Of a stretch of 64,000 nucleotides of DNA, positions 61,701-64,000 are shown one piece after another; position 1 is the first letter of the stretch, and each line of letters opens with the position of its first letter. The notes beneath the pieces are model-generated. The model did not search any database. It was not told the origin of the DNA and worked only from the letters and a program-made list of their open reading frames with translations. Made by a program: the position numbers and the translations under genes. Origin of the DNA: Heterodontus francisci (Eukaryota); NCBI RefSeq assembly GCF_036365525.1, contig NC_090383.1, forward strand, positions 13,397,126 through 13,461,125. Reading direction: 5' to 3'.

Positions 61701-63639
61701 ATTAAAACTCATTAAATAGTGGATATTCCTATCTGGCAATTATCATGATAAGCTAATAGTTTCTCATTTCCAGTGTAAATGATATCAAAGGATTGGCGCT
61801 GTTTTTCTCTCAGCACAATTCACTCAAATTCGGCCAAACCAGCAGAACAGGTCAAGGAATTTCCAGCACAAGTTCTGTCCAGTGCAAATCGAGCTTCCAT
61901 GATCTTTTGCACTAGTTTAAGTGCAACGAGCTAGGAGCTGGCCTTGCCCACAAAACTGGCGATGTCCCCAGATTGAATGAATCGCCATTGTGAGTTTTTG
62001 CTAATTGTGCCCATTCGTGGGCTTTTACAATTAAGCTTTTTTACGCACAAGGCCATTGTTATATATGTATATATTGTTATACTTTCCGTAAAGTGTTAGG
62101 AACTAATTAGCTAGGAGCTAGTTGTTCTGTGTACGTGTTCCAGTAGGGGGCCACATTCAAGGCTGCACTGGGGAGTCATGTTATATGCAACACAAGAACC
62201 AGTTGAACCAGGTTCCACAGTACAAAGCATGGTGTTGAAATAAACAAGACTGACTCCAGCCATTTCCAAGTTTAAAGTGTGATTCTTTCCAACATCTGGG
62301 AACCAGAAACAACATAAAGATGAAACAGCCACTAATAGATACCTTTTAAAATCTTTAAAATATTAAAAAATATTTAATTAATAAGAAACTGACTACTGTT
62401 CACTATGAAACTAGTAACTGGTTCTGTATAGCTTTTAATAGTCACTTTCAGTTATATAAAATCAGGTTACTCACAGGTGGTGATTGAAAATGCTTATTTT
62501 TTATATCAATAAAACTGCACCAGGTTACCACTCTTAATTATATTAAGGAATATTTTTGATACAAAAATAAACAATCATATTCTAAAATACTGTCTGAATG
62601 CATTGGTTCATTGAATATTTTCCATTTGGCCATATGCAAATGAGTGTGAGCGGAAACTTCAGCAAAAAATTCAATTCTGAAAACTTGCGCAATGTTGAGT
62701 GCAATCCGTGCTGGGATCACCAATTCCGATAAAGCTGAAACTGTACGCCATGATATTCTTACTGCAGTTCTTGGGTTTCCACAAGGTTCCATTTCCATAT
62801 CAGCTGGAACAGCACAAAAGATTGGGGAATCTTAAACGGAAGTGAGTTACGCCCAAAACCACTTACACTCGTATTTTCCACGACCTTATACGATGGTTCA
62901 AGGTTCAATTCACCCGGATTGGATCCCACCTACAAAACTACATCCCGAGGTCAACATTGTGAGATTCCGCCAATTGTGTTGGCTCTTCAAATTGCATTGG
63001 GTTTCTTAGGTGCACAGTGACTAGCTCGTACCATGTTTTAAAAGCTTTTTCATATCAAAAACTATTTCATTTACTAAGAAGCTACCTAGTATACACCAAT
63101 GAAACTATTAAGTGGTTTAGTTTTTTTTTTGTCATTTTTTGATTTTAAATCAGGTTACTCACAGATGGAGGACTGGACACCCTTAATAAAATGCCAATCT
63201 TTGGTGATAAACCCATTTTCAGCTGTACTAATAAAACTCCACTAAATTATTACTCTTAAGTACATCAAGGAGTACATTTTTAATTGAAAGAACTAAAAAG
63301 AAATTATTGCAATCTATTACTCTGCCTGATTGCCCTGTTTGATGATTATGCAAATTCATTTTAGCCAAGACTTAAAGTGGAACCTATCCAGTGCAGTTAC
63401 AAGTGCATTTTGGGCTCAATTTCTCAATTGCACCCAAAGCACAAGATCTACCCCTTGATATTTAATCAATTTCCTGTGCAAATATTGATCATCTTGGCAC
63501 TGAGGTGATGGGAGAAAATAATAAAATACCTTTAAAAAACATAATTTTCATAAAAATAAAATCTCATTTCGAAATTACCTACTAAAAACATAACAGAAAA
63601 ATATGGAATTAGGAGATAACAAGCTTAAATCTTCCAAAC

Positions 63640-63906
63640 ACTACCAGCTCTACCACCTAGAATACAGCAGGTGAATGGGAACACCACCTCCTGCAAGTTC
63701 CCCTCCAAGTCACACACCATCCTACTTTGGAAATATATTTCTGTATCTTTACTGCCACTGGGTCAAAATCCTCCTTCCCTAACAGCACTGTGGACAGTGG
63801 TGCAAGAAGGTGGCTCACCGCCACCTTCTCAAGGGCACTTAGGGATGGACAATAAATGCTGGCCTTGCTAGTGATGCCCACATCCCATGAACGAATTTCA
63901 AAAAAA
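63640..63906 (+). mobile_element. 3' fragment of the tRNA-headed LINE family, with deletions
   Basis: NGNTTSCKFPSKSHTIL frame and tail TAAATGCTGGCC..CCCACATCCCATGAA. Confidence 0.85.
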
Positions 63907-64000
63907 TTTTAGGTGTGAACGCGACTGGAAGTAGAGCGGTGCATCATTCACCATGGGCCAATCTGCTGAGTACTGACCACATTCTACTTTCAAAGGGTCA

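Overview
Repeat-dense non-genic or intronic vertebrate DNA, almost certainly from a cartilaginous fish (shark/ray), judged from HE1 V-SINEs, a Deu-domain SINE and HER1/CR1-like LINEs. I cannot support any host protein-coding exon. The window is a nested mosaic of CR1 and L2 fragments, two Tx1-clade retrotransposons (one near full length, with a 13-bp TSD), PIF/Harbinger elements and their MITEs, hAT-like MITEs, probable solo LTRs and short Penelope-type repeats carrying a minimal hammerhead-ribozyme motif. The most unusual object is a ~3.25-kb LINE at 38345-41590 (-). It has no ORF1, begins with a tRNA-like Pol III promoter (A and B boxes), and by manual scan has no TTTT run on its sense strand. 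Its ORF is preceded by an in-frame ATG-GCC-TAG-CAA. Two SINE-like internal-deletion derivatives of it lie elsewhere in the window. Together these suggest a Pol III-transcribed autonomous LINE plus derived SINEs. Family names come from recognition, not database searches, and boundaries are approximate unless a TSD or TIR is quoted.
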